DNA of 64,000 nucleotides, from contig CBFFSA010000006.1 in NCBI GenBank assembly GCA_965644495.1, forward strand, positions 434,001 to 498,000, given 5' to 3'. The notes under the pieces were generated by a model. It made no database searches, was not told the origin of the DNA, and worked only from the letters and a program-made list of their open reading frames with translations. Shown here in pieces: positions 1 to 10,457 of this stretch; within the stretch, counting starts at the first letter, position 1, and each line of letters opens with the position of its first letter. Position numbers and translations under genes: made by a program. The stretch is from Perkinsela sp. CCAP 1560/9. Lineage: Eukaryota > Protista > Euglenozoa: Kinetoplastea.

Positions 1-1203
1 TGGAACGCCACTACATTTTGTACAGTTCTTGCCGAGCATTCCTCCAAAACTTTAGAAGCTTTTAATACCTTGCAATTCAGTGAGCACGAATCCTCTCCTG
101 CATCACTAATTTCAGAGAAGGAGGCTCATGTGGTACGTAGAAGAGGCATGGATGTCTTTATCGGATTCAAAAACGGTGATAGAATGCGCTTACAATCGAT
201 TCGTGATGCTTTGGAGCTACCTTCAATATGTCCTGCAATTGTTGTCCAGCACATTCTTAACTACTTGAAGAGCATTCCCATCAGGTATTGCAGTACAACT
301 CTTATTCTGCAAAACGTGCACGGAATATGCGAAACAATGAAAGAAGTGAAAGGAAAACTAGTTTATAACGAGAATGCACCTCACAAGCATGATAAAGTAC
401 GAGAGAGGCGAATAGAAAAAATGTCTCACGAAAGCGTTTCTCGATCTCATAAAGATTCTTCAATCGAGTCTTCGGACAAAAAGGCCACTCTCTCAGTCCA
501 AAACGATTCCATAGCTTCGAGAGTACGGGCTCGTAGAGAAGAACCTGCACAACAAAGTCTTCCAATGCTACGCTTTACGACGTCACCAACTTTAGAAAAA
601 GAGTCCATGAAGGAGGACGAATTAATGCCGATTGTGTTAAGTTCTCAAAAAAGAAGGCAACGACCTCAACTAGACACCAAAAAGGAATTCGTGGAAACAC
701 GACTAGTAAAGGGAGATTCTCACATGAAGCATAATAGTTCTGCCACTGAATGCAATTTCGATGATCCTTTCCCAACGGAGAACACTAAAAAATACATAGA
801 TCATCATGCTGGTGAATATTCAGTGGTAGTTTCAAAGCGACCACCGCCCCCTCCTTTGAAAGACCCACGCCAAGAGATTAAGGGATATGCACTTCCCCCA
901 GAAATCAAGAAAGCTCGTGAAAAATGTGCAAGTGTCTTCCACGAAAAGTTTGGGGACAACAAAAAAGCCGGAAGGCTTTGTGTGTTTTGTTTAAATTGTC
1001 ATATGTTGGAAAGTCTTTTTAATGGTGCAACAGCGGAATGCGAACTGCATTCCGAAGTTATTCCTTCAACGGAACGTGCATTAAGGTACCGCCTCACCTA
1101 TCACCCTAGGCTTTGCTCTGTGGCTGTGCGGAGATATCGTTCTTACTTACGAAACAATCGCATTTCAAAAATTCCAATTGATCACGTTCTTTGTCTACAT
1201 TAA
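1..1203 (+). CDS. Hypothetical protein, probably 5'-truncated by the window edge; C-terminal Cys/His cluster
   Basis: Frame is open from base 1 to TAA at 1203; C-terminal CVFCLNCH...CELH could bind metal; no family recognised. Confidence 0.6.
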   Translation, partial: WNATTFCTVLAEHSSKTLEAFNTLQFSEHESSPASLISEKEAHVVRRRGMDVFIGFKNGDRMRLQSIRDALELPSICPAIVVQHILNYLKSIPIRYCSTTLILQNVHGICETMKEVKGKLVYNENAPHKHDKVRERRIEKMSHESVSRSHKDSSIESSDKKATLSVQNDSIASRVRARREEPAQQSLPMLRFTTSPTLEKESMKEDELMPIVLSSQKRRQRPQLDTKKEFVETRLVKGDSHMKHNSSATECNFDDPFPTENTKKYIDHHAGEYSVVVSKRPPPPPLKDPRQEIKGYALPPEIKKAREKCASVFHEKFGDNKKAGRLCVFCLNCHMLESLFNGATAECELHSEVIPSTERALRYRLTYHPRLCSVAVRRYRSYLRNNRISKIPIDHVLCLH

Positions 1204-1667
1204 GTTTTATGGATCTGTATTAAGGAGTAGAGTACCGCATTAGGAATAGTCCGATCTATATTATTATTAAAAAAAATCGAAATAGAATATCGGTACAGTA
1301 AATCTATTCGTATTTTAAGCGCCACGAAACATTTATGCGCTAGCGCTTTCTATTCTACGTTGAAAAAATGGGTCTTTAATTCTACGGTCTATATGATTGA
1401 TTTATCAAGCGACATGCTCACAAGGAGAACTATTGATTCCATTTCTGTTTAGCAATTTAGCATTGAAACCTCTTCGTGCTTATCTATTGACTCAGAAATG
1501 GTAATCAGAACTGCTCAAAGTAACAATGGACACCGCTCCAAAAATGATTTCAATTAAGCTTGCTAATTATTTCCCAATGAAGCTTACTAGTAAATATTTC
1601 GCAATGGGAAATTCTAGTAAGAAACAGATTGACGCTACAAGCTAGTAAGGGGTCTTGTTACACTCTA

Positions 1668-4600
1668 ATGCTCGAAGGCCTTTCGCTCGCGCAAAAGGGT
1701 ATTGCTGCTCGCTTGTGTTTTGGCTTAAACAAACAAGATTCCGATTTGTTGCGACGAATACTTCATAAAAGTCCTGCTATGATGTGCGTTACAAAGTCCC
1801 GTCCAGACGCAAAGAAATACAATGCGCTTCTGCAGCATTTATATGGGCTAGATTGGATAACATCATTAAAATTGTACAGCGAACTCTTTAACACGAATGG
1901 ATCTAAGGAACCATTAGTGCTGGAAGAGGGGGGAAAATCATATAAGGCTAATCCAGACAAAGCCACTTTCCGGGTGTTATTATCCACCCTAATTTATTCT
2001 GGTCACTGGCAAAAAATGTTATCACACTACTTTGACAGGTGTGTACCAACTCTGTCAGATCACGAACTTTCATATTTTGGTGGTAAAATCCACTCCAGGT
2101 TGATTGGTTGTCATCAACGTGTGCTAGCGCACCGCGTGTTGGAGTTCATGTGTCGCAGGAACTTTCCACTTCATCGTTTAACAGGAAGTTTCTTAAAGTC
2201 CCGCGCTACCGAAGGATGGATGCAGGCTCTTCGTAGTTTTTATTTTATTAGGAATTGGGATAAATCACAGCTCACTTCTGTATTTGCTTCGGCTTGCGTA
2301 CGGAGTTGCAGTGAAAATGATCAATGGAGAGCGGCGCTTCGAATCAACACTATCTGTAAAGATCTTAATCTTGCTATTTTCGATGAAGTCAACTTAAAAA
2401 CGGCATGCTGTCTTATTAATCACGGTAAATGGGAACTGTCTGCAAAGTTTATGCACTTGATGAATATCTCAGAGTTGACTGAAAATACTGGTTCTGAAAC
2501 GTGTTTGTCGTCTACTATTCCGCGAAAGGGTCGTTTGCACAGAGAAACATCGAACGATACATATAAACAGGCATGTACTCTTAGTGCTTCATCATTTTGG
2601 CTCGAAGCTTTACTATTAGTGAAGCATGATTCTCCGGAACGCATAACATACGTTGCATCTCTCGGAAACGCGTGGGAATTCTGTCTCTCGTACCTTCAAT
2701 CTTTCATGAAAAATGTTCAAAACGTTTCACACTCTACTCCTTCGTCTAGGAAAATATCTTCTCCAGAACTGAAAAAATATATTAAGACTACCACTAGAGA
2801 TTATAGTAACATTCCGTGGAAAATGATAAAGAGTTGTATTATCGCCGGTTCTCAAAGTCCTATCGCTTCCAAACCATGCACAGAGCTATTGAGGTCGTAC
2901 ATCGAGAGAGGAAATGTCTCGGACGATACCTGGAAGCAAGCGCTTGATCTTCATAATTTAGCTTTCGATAAATTATTCGCAGCACTACCATGGCGACTTC
3001 ATCATGCAGAGGTACTGTTTCCATCCTTGCATAAGGTACCTCCAGCCCAACGCTACAAAATTTTCTTCGTTTCGTCAATTCGCTCACTTCTTCGGTTTCA
3101 GATCATTTCAGTTAGTGAAAGTATGGAGCTATACAAGAAATATTACCCACCGATATTTCAAACCTCTTCGTCGTTTTATTTGGATGATCTAATTTCCCAC
3201 GATAGAGAAAAATACGATAGGGAGCACGCGGAGAGCTGTCCGGGACTCGATAGTGAAAAAACGTTAATTGAACTTGCTGGTGAATTTCCCGTCATAACAT
3301 ACTCAGTGGAATCTGAATCCAAAGCGCACTGGAGCTATGGAAATAGGTGGACAATGGCATTTGAATTGCTTCATCACATCACTTCCCGCCGGGAATCGCT
3401 TCAGTGTAATACCTTGCGGAATAGCCATTTTCATCATGCAGTTTCTATGAGCTCGTTTTTAGCCAAGGTACCTTATCTTACTGTGCTTCGCGGTCCTCTA
3501 GAATTGTGCCGCGTTCAGCATCTACTACGTCCCAAAAATGTGGATATTATATTGCGCTCACTTCTACTGGGCGGATACTATCTAAATGCAATAAACCTTG
3601 TCAGGCATTTTCCCCGTTTTGGAACTCATTTGTCTACGAGCACGCTTTTATTCTTTTTATCTTGTCTTGTTCTCCCTGCAACATCGATTCAAAACTACAT
3701 CCCGAATGAAGAGCTTCGGGATCATACATGTAGCAAGAATGCTTGTAGTGTTAAGGGTTTGCTAGAAATCGAAAAGAATAGAGATTGTGAGCCATTAAAG
3801 TCATATCTTGATGTTGAAATTCAAGTGAGTAATACGCAACAGTGGAAGCAGCTGACAGATTTAAGAAGCATGTACAGAAAAGTAGACCTCATCCGATTTC
3901 AAAAAACTAGAAACTCGTGTGGTGCTTTAGCACCACAAGATGTACTCGGCTCAAATGAAAGAACTTCTGTTTGGCAGACTCCCCCTTTCACGGCTCTATG
4001 TCATATTCATTTACCCACCGCTTACGCTCTCCAGCATCGTCATGCTGTGCCCCATTCGGATGTTATGGTGTTGCATCGTGCTGAGGATACCGCAATTATT
4101 AGCAAACCCGCTGGTCTCGATAGCATTTCGCACGACGCAATTTCGTTGTACGGTGCGACGGAGCAGTGTCCCGACGTGTCCAGCGCGGTGATACATCTGT
4201 TTCCGCAATGCGCACAAATCCGAGCGCATGGACTTTTGCACAGACTCGATGTCTCAACGTCGGGGTTGCTTGCCGTGGCACTGTCCCCTCGTGCCGCATT
4301 AGTGGTTATGCAACAGAACTTAACGAGATCCAAAAAGAAGCGCTACATGTGTCTGACAGTTCTGCTAGACCCTCGTCAAAAACCTACGTATGAGGGCGTA
4401 ATACGCACACCGTACTCGTTGCTGCGAGAAAGTGGGCACATGATGAAGCTGGAAGGCGAGCTGGAGGCAGAGACCACTTATCGTATTCTGGAAGCATTGC
4501 AAGGAAACATATTCCTCGTGGAATGTCATTTGCACACCGGCCGCCAGCATCAAATACGCCTACACATGAAGGAAATTGGTTTTGTATTGCTTGGTGATAA

Positions 4601-4769
4601 TCGGTACGGGGCTGGAATATCCTGCACACCACTTTTGTCCCGAGTAGCACTACACGCGTGTGAACTCACATATCAAACACCCGATGGGGAATCGGTCACT
4701 ATAGAAAGTACCGTTCCCCATGACATGCAAAAAGCACTTGATGTACTTCGTCCACAGAGCTTAACGTGA
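1668..4769 (+). CDS. RluA-family pseudouridine synthase with long N-terminal helical (PPR-like) repeat region
   Basis: C-terminal motifs SKPAGL, LHRLDVSTSGLL (catalytic Asp), LHTGRQHQIRLHM, GDNRYG, LHA; N-terminal recurrent WxxAL helices; first ATG at 1668. Confidence 0.85.
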   Translation: MLEGLSLAQKGIAARLCFGLNKQDSDLLRRILHKSPAMMCVTKSRPDAKKYNALLQHLYGLDWITSLKLYSELFNTNGSKEPLVLEEGGKSYKANPDKATFRVLLSTLIYSGHWQKMLSHYFDRCVPTLSDHELSYFGGKIHSRLIGCHQRVLAHRVLEFMCRRNFPLHRLTGSFLKSRATEGWMQALRSFYFIRNWDKSQLTSVFASACVRSCSENDQWRAALRINTICKDLNLAIFDEVNLKTACCLINHGKWELSAKFMHLMNISELTENTGSETCLSSTIPRKGRLHRETSNDTYKQACTLSASSFWLEALLLVKHDSPERITYVASLGNAWEFCLSYLQSFMKNVQNVSHSTPSSRKISSPELKKYIKTTTRDYSNIPWKMIKSCIIAGSQSPIASKPCTELLRSYIERGNVSDDTWKQALDLHNLAFDKLFAALPWRLHHAEVLFPSLHKVPPAQRYKIFFVSSIRSLLRFQIISVSESMELYKKYYPPIFQTSSSFYLDDLISHDREKYDREHAESCPGLDSEKTLIELAGEFPVITYSVESESKAHWSYGNRWTMAFELLHHITSRRESLQCNTLRNSHFHHAVSMSSFLAKVPYLTVLRGPLELCRVQHLLRPKNVDIILRSLLLGGYYLNAINLVRHFPRFGTHLSTSTLLFFLSCLVLPATSIQNYIPNEELRDHTCSKNACSVKGLLEIEKNRDCEPLKSYLDVEIQVSNTQQWKQLTDLRSMYRKVDLIRFQKTRNSCGALAPQDVLGSNERTSVWQTPPFTALCHIHLPTAYALQHRHAVPHSDVMVLHRAEDTAIISKPAGLDSISHDAISLYGATEQCPDVSSAVIHLFPQCAQIRAHGLLHRLDVSTSGLLAVALSPRAALVVMQQNLTRSKKKRYMCLTVLLDPRQKPTYEGVIRTPYSLLRESGHMMKLEGELEAETTYRILEALQGNIFLVECHLHTGRQHQIRLHMKEIGFVLLGDNRYGAGISCTPLLSRVALHACELTYQTPDGESVTIESTVPHDMQKALDVLRPQSLT

Positions 4770-5036
4770 CCGGTGTCCCGCGTGATTAAGGACTGTATTT
4801 CTATGTATTGAAGTTCTCGCATAAAACCTTGTTTCTTTTGCTTTTACAGTCGAAACAAGTAGGAGCTTAAAAAGTGGACTTTACCACACTTTTCTACCGT
4901 ACCTTAGTCGTATCTTATGACATTTTGGGCCTCTTTATCGTATTTTCAATTGTAGTCCTTAACATTTTACACAGTATACAGTTAAATTTAAACTCTATTT
5001 CCCACGCTACAAATAGCACTTCTTGATTCTGCGAAA

Positions 5037-5351
5037 ATGAACTTACCACCACCTCCCCAGATCCCAGGTTTACCTCCAACACCTCCATTGCAATTAGTTT
5101 CAACTAGTGAGAAGCTGAACGCTATTGGAGAGTATGCCTCTGTTCACTGCTTCAAGAATTGCGTAGGATATTTTTCCGAGGACAGCTTACCTTACCATTA
5201 TGGTGAGAGAACTTGTGTAGAGCGATGTGCTGATAAATTGTATGATTGCTTTCACTTATCTCGAGAGGTACGAAAAAAGTTAGAAATGAAAGCAAAGGCG
5301 AGGAAATACTCTCCCTCGTGGCTTGCATTATATGATCCGAAAAAACAGTAG
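5037..5351 (+). CDS. Small Tim (Tim9/Tim10/Tim8/13 family) mitochondrial intermembrane-space chaperone
   Basis: 104 aa with twin CX3C motif CFKNC...ERTCVERC. Confidence 0.8.
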   Translation: MNLPPPPQIPGLPPTPPLQLVSTSEKLNAIGEYASVHCFKNCVGYFSEDSLPYHYGERTCVERCADKLYDCFHLSREVRKKLEMKAKARKYSPSWLALYDPKKQ

Positions 5352-5636
5352 GGACCCTCTCAAGAATCAGCAAGAAATGTAAAGCGCGTTGCGAATGGCA
5401 GGACCTTTCTAACGAGTACAAGCTTCGTATGTTCAATCAGATGCTATTCAAATCTGATATCATGCTCATAAATAATCTTTTATGTACGATGCCGTATGAC
5501 GTACTTTTATGATACTTTAATACATGATACGGCACTAAAATGTATGGACGATGAAGAATAACGTACTCATCAAAAATGATTTATTAAAACTTAGCCGCTG
5601 TAGAAAATCATTTACCCCTTTTTTTTACTTTTTGTG

Positions 5637-6215
5637 ATGAAACTGGTTTTTCAGACTCAGTCCTCGATTCTACGGCATTCCCGTGGTCAGTTTCGAAACC
5701 TTTATTACCATAATATTTGTACAGCACATCAAGGTCGCGTTTCCTTGAATTCAGCGAAGCCGTCTAAGACGCCAGTAACCATGAAGGATAGAATTCCGCT
5801 TCCAGGAACACAGGTGCATGACGGGAAGCGTAAGCTCGCGATATTAGCAGATGCAGTAAAAGTAAGTAGTGAGAGTTATCCGTTTATAGATGAGATCGTC
5901 AAGACAAAGGGTACTGTATGCTTACGTCGGTATTTCGATTACGAAAGTCGCCCTCCTTGGAAGGTACTTGAGGATACGTTTGGCTTTGAGTGGTTTAGAG
6001 TGGATGGGTTTATACCTATTCACATGCAAATTATATCTGATGCGGCCCACCTCATTGAATATCACAAGGAAAATTTGATTACTGCCGTCGTAATGGTTGT
6101 GACACAGCGAGAGGCCGAGGCTTATTCGAGGTATTTCGAACGGCTTAAAGGAAACGGTGTCAGTGTGTATGTCTGTCACGAACGCGCCTTGTTTCCTACA
6201 GTTTTAGAGGAATAG
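5637..6215 (+). CDS. Probable degenerate NYN/LabA (PIN-like) domain protein, possibly mitochondrial
   Basis: LAILADAVKV, LRRYFD and MQIISDA resemble NYN-domain strands; basic/hydroxylated N-terminus. Confidence 0.45.
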   Translation: MKLVFQTQSSILRHSRGQFRNLYYHNICTAHQGRVSLNSAKPSKTPVTMKDRIPLPGTQVHDGKRKLAILADAVKVSSESYPFIDEIVKTKGTVCLRRYFDYESRPPWKVLEDTFGFEWFRVDGFIPIHMQIISDAAHLIEYHKENLITAVVMVVTQREAEAYSRYFERLKGNGVSVYVCHERALFPTVLEE

Positions 6216-6509
6216 ATAAATGCCTGGTACCAACGTAATAAAAGACCCGGTTGCTTTGAGCTACTCGAAGGATTGTTTTGTACGCATTATTTGGGAGTGG
6301 AGTATTACATGTAAACTTACTAGTACTAAATTAATTCGTTTCTCTACTTAATATAATGGCTTACTAAGAAATATTCAATTTTGCACACCTCAGTTTTACA
6401 CCTCTGATGTTTCGCTTTTTCCGAATTTAAAATCACTGGGCTCTGATTCTTAGCCGTTTTAACCTAGCAAACTGCTTGCAAGTCAATTAAAAATCAATTT
6501 GGAACTCTG

Positions 6510-9083
6510 TTGTACGTATCTTTTGTACTTTACTTCCTTGTTGCTACCCTTGACGCAACTGAAAATCAGAGCCTACTATCTGATTCTTCTATTGGTGGCG
6601 GTAATAAGCTAGACGATGAAGTCCTCATGTCTGGACATGACCCAGACCGTCATGCCGCACTCACTTCTTTTAAAAATCAAACGACCCAAAAAAATCAGAA
6701 TCTGTCAAGCAATATTCAAAACAGCACCTCAAAGGGATGCGAATGTGCCTCATGTCACGATCGCGACAACAAGGTTGATTCTCACCCAAGTGACAATGTT
6801 TTGAAAGAAAATGCATCGGCATTTTTGAAGACAAAGCCGTCCTATGATGCAACGGGATCGAACCGCCATAATTACCTCACCGATCCTTCTACGATAAATT
6901 CTTTGGACAATACTGAAAAGAATCAGAAACAGGTTGAAGACTTCTTGGTAATTTTAAGAACAACTGCGGTTGCCCAAGCCCAAAATGTTCTCCGAAAGAG
7001 TGCGCAACAAATGTTAGCACCCACCTCATCTGGGTTCAAAATATGGCGATCTGTCGAAAACTTCACTGCTAACGATACGGATGCGGATTCACGTAGCAAA
7101 TTAAATACACGTAACAATATCCATAATGAGTTAGTCGGAATAACTAATTCAAAGGACTTAAATTTAATGGCTTCCTATCCGGCTTCATTCCTTCTATGTT
7201 ACGCGGATTGGGATCCTACAACTGCGCACTTGTTGGAAACTCTAAATTCATACCTTCGTACTAAGAATGCTGTGAATATAAGTTCGCAAAGACTACCGTG
7301 GCATAGTGGTACTGTTAATCAACAGTCTGTGGCTTTTTCTGCCAATTATTCACTACCTGTCTTTACGTATAATATTTTTAGAGACACAAAATTTCGTCCC
7401 GTTTTGGGTTCTTTAAAAGGTCTGTACTTCATGCAGAGTACCGAACGAGTTCGCGCATTCGCTGGTCAAAATAATGAACGTGACCTTACTGCATTCCTGG
7501 AAAGGATGACTATATATACTTACAAAATGGAACTCTGCGACGACTCGTTAAAAGAAGCTGTATCTTTGTTTGAAACCATTGCAGTTCTATACTCTCCGAG
7601 TAAAAATATCTTAACTTTACCTAACTTCGATGCGGCTTTAGAGGAAATGTCAGAAAAAATACCTTTATTCTACAATTTCACAATTCCACCGAACTTTTTA
7701 TACGGTCCCTTGAAAGAAAATTTTATAGCTCTAACGATATACAGGAAGCCGCAAGCATTTTCGAGCAAACCTTATATGGTAGAAGTCAAGTACTGGACGT
7801 GCGAGAACGCTTTTAGTGGTTTCAAAGACATGAATGGCCGACACATTACTCCGCAGGGCCTACAGCTTGAAGTCCTGCGCTCCTTCGACGATATGCTTTC
7901 TAACTACCCATCCGAACTTCACGTTTTAAATTTTCAAAATGAGTTAGAGCGTACGCGAAACATGGGAAAAAAGATGATTGTTCTTTTCCAAAGAGACTTA
8001 TCGAAAGAGGGTACCCATCTTAAGAAGAGCATTATTTCGTCGAACTGTGTAGAATCCTTGACTACTATTTACGAAGGCCCGTCTGGCCAACCAACCGGAA
8101 GAAAACAAGGACGCGAAAAATATAATTTCTATTATTTTAATGAATTACTGTACCAAAATTTTTCCAATCGGTTGTGCATCGCGAAATATCGGCAATGGCT
8201 CCCTGAAAAGGAGTTTGCAAATCAGGTATACAACGACTTGAAAAATCTGGTTGTGTCTAATTTTTCCACACAAGCGCAAGAGCTCAATATACCAAGAGGT
8301 CTGGATCATTGTGTGTACGTCCTAATTGATCCTAAAGCCTTAAATTATATCCGATTCGTAGAGTTTCCCCAAAACAGAGAAAGTGGAATAGAGGAATTTG
8401 GAGGCATGAAGGATTGCGTACCAAGAACGCAACCACTGATTTCACGTGCACGCCATGTTTCACAAGATAAGACAAGAAAAGCAGATATTTTACACGTCAA
8501 TGACATGTGGTCTTATTTGAATTACTGTTCTTACCAACTTATTGGAGAAGAAATCCTTCGCAAACCAAATGCCATAGCTTATTACAACGTGGGGGAGTGT
8601 GTGCTCTCTTCCCCATTCCAAGCCCTCGTGTTGCTCACTTCCCCAAGTCATGGGCATAGTCTTTGTGCTCAACGAACTGTCGATCAGATTTGTGAGCTCA
8701 AAACATTTTACGATTGGTCCATAAAAATAGGTGAATACGATATCGAATATAATGGCCTGTTTCCACCGTTCAAAAATATAGTGCGAGGATACCCAGAATT
8801 CTTGTATGTGAACAAGACTCACGTAGTTATCTATACTGGAATAGATCGGACTGTACGTGGAGTTTTGCATTTTCTTCGTACGCACATGTATGATGTTTCT
8901 CATATTGCAAATAGTGAGTTAAGCATCGATACACTAATTTCTGGGGCAATTTCTTCAACTAACACACTTCCGTATCATCTCTCTAACGTGTTTAACAGCC
9001 CACGGAATGGCGAGCAGCTTTTTCTAGGTATTCAGCACAACACGCATCATTTATACGGAAATGCGACAGCTGAAATTATTTAA
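6510..9083 (+). CDS. Redox-inactive thioredoxin-fold (PDI-like) protein; start uncertain (TTG 6510 or ATG 6627)
   Basis: Long ORF; FLLCYADWDP and VLLTSPSHGHS...VRGYPEFLY...YTGIDRT resemble Trx a-domains lacking CXXC. Confidence 0.55.
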   Translation: MYVSFVLYFLVATLDATENQSLLSDSSIGGGNKLDDEVLMSGHDPDRHAALTSFKNQTTQKNQNLSSNIQNSTSKGCECASCHDRDNKVDSHPSDNVLKENASAFLKTKPSYDATGSNRHNYLTDPSTINSLDNTEKNQKQVEDFLVILRTTAVAQAQNVLRKSAQQMLAPTSSGFKIWRSVENFTANDTDADSRSKLNTRNNIHNELVGITNSKDLNLMASYPASFLLCYADWDPTTAHLLETLNSYLRTKNAVNISSQRLPWHSGTVNQQSVAFSANYSLPVFTYNIFRDTKFRPVLGSLKGLYFMQSTERVRAFAGQNNERDLTAFLERMTIYTYKMELCDDSLKEAVSLFETIAVLYSPSKNILTLPNFDAALEEMSEKIPLFYNFTIPPNFLYGPLKENFIALTIYRKPQAFSSKPYMVEVKYWTCENAFSGFKDMNGRHITPQGLQLEVLRSFDDMLSNYPSELHVLNFQNELERTRNMGKKMIVLFQRDLSKEGTHLKKSIISSNCVESLTTIYEGPSGQPTGRKQGREKYNFYYFNELLYQNFSNRLCIAKYRQWLPEKEFANQVYNDLKNLVVSNFSTQAQELNIPRGLDHCVYVLIDPKALNYIRFVEFPQNRESGIEEFGGMKDCVPRTQPLISRARHVSQDKTRKADILHVNDMWSYLNYCSYQLIGEEILRKPNAIAYYNVGECVLSSPFQALVLLTSPSHGHSLCAQRTVDQICELKTFYDWSIKIGEYDIEYNGLFPPFKNIVRGYPEFLYVNKTHVVIYTGIDRTVRGVLHFLRTHMYDVSHIANSELSIDTLISGAISSTNTLPYHLSNVFNSPRNGEQLFLGIQHNTHHLYGNATAEII

Positions 9084-9284
9084 AGAAATGGAAACAAAAA
9101 ATAGAGATACTAGACTAGTCTACTGCCTCATTCATCTCTTTGAATCAGTTTGTGTTACCGCGAATCTAAGTTCGATATACTGATGCGTATTTAACATAAT
9201 CTGTATGTAGTAATTTATTGATACAAAGCATCATCTCTACCATACGAGCCACTCTTTAGGCATAATTCCGTAATTTTTACTATA

Positions 9285-10304
9285 ATGATTGCATCGAGCG
9301 CTTTGACTACCCCTCATCGAGATTTCATAAATGACTGTCAAGAGGATGACATTGGCCGATTTCGCGCCACATGCAGCTCAGATGGTACAATAGTCATACA
9401 CCCTCTTGGGGACAACACGAACACAGCGTGCCAAACACTCTTTGGGCACGACGGCCCAGTGTGGAGCATTGCATGGGCACCGATAGCGCTCATATCCAGG
9501 GAACTTTTCCTTGTCTCTGGTGGATACGATGGCCGCGTTATCTTGTGGAAAAATAGCATTCCTGAAACGGGCTTGGGGGCCTTCGAGAAGTGCGATACCG
9601 AAATTTTAAGCGCTGCTGTGAACCGAGTGGCATGGTGTCCTGCAGAGGCGGGATGGCGTCTGGCATGCGCCCTCGTGGATGGCACCATACGCGAGTCCAT
9701 TTGTGAGAACAACAAGTGGGGTATCTTCGCACTTGTGGGAAAGCACGATGCCTCCGTCAGAAGTGTTGCCTGGTGTCCTGTAGTGCCTCGAGCACAGGAA
9801 GTTCCGTGTCCTGTTTTGTGCTCAGGTGGGATGGACGCATGTTTAATGCTGTGGCAAACTACAGGAATTACAGGAAACTACAGGAACTACTGTAATAGAG
9901 GAGAGTGGTTGTGTCTTATTAAGCTACCTCTCGAGAGTCCGATCCATGATATCGGTTGTGCACCGCGTGGTGCCTACGAGCAGTCGATACTTGCCGTTGC
10001 AACACAACAAAAGAGTGTACGAATTTATCATATTAACTTAGAAGATATTTCGATTGCGGATGAGAAAGAAAAGAATTTTTTAGAACAGTTAGCTACACTT
10101 CCTCTGGAAAGTGTACCGTGCGCTGTCTCTTGGTGTCCATTTCAAAATGCATACATGATAGCCGTATCGTTGGACAATGGGAGCGTAGCCGTGTATTGTG
10201 GCACTGAGGATTTCACTAAACTCCATTTTCCGGGGGCATCTATCGTAAAACGTTTACCTACTATGTGGACCGAAACGTCTACCGCGCTTTTGGAAGATCT
10301 ATAA
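9285..10304 (+). CDS. SEC13: Sec13-like WD40 protein (COPII/nuclear pore)
   Basis: ATCSSDGTI, GHDGPVWSIAWAP, SGGYDGRVILWK, VNRVAWCP, SGGMD. Confidence 0.8.
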   Translation: MIASSALTTPHRDFINDCQEDDIGRFRATCSSDGTIVIHPLGDNTNTACQTLFGHDGPVWSIAWAPIALISRELFLVSGGYDGRVILWKNSIPETGLGAFEKCDTEILSAAVNRVAWCPAEAGWRLACALVDGTIRESICENNKWGIFALVGKHDASVRSVAWCPVVPRAQEVPCPVLCSGGMDACLMLWQTTGITGNYRNYCNRGEWLCLIKLPLESPIHDIGCAPRGAYEQSILAVATQQKSVRIYHINLEDISIADEKEKNFLEQLATLPLESVPCAVSWCPFQNAYMIAVSLDNGSVAVYCGTEDFTKLHFPGASIVKRLPTMWTETSTALLEDL

Positions 10305-10457
10305 GGGTAATGTTTCGAAACATTTCATGCATTCATGTTCAGATGTTTACAAAAAAAATGGAATTACGTTATCCCTATCGCATTGCCTACCTACGGGACA
10401 TAGTAGATACCCTGTGACATAGGGTATCGAACCATACGTAACCCTTTTACATTTCAC

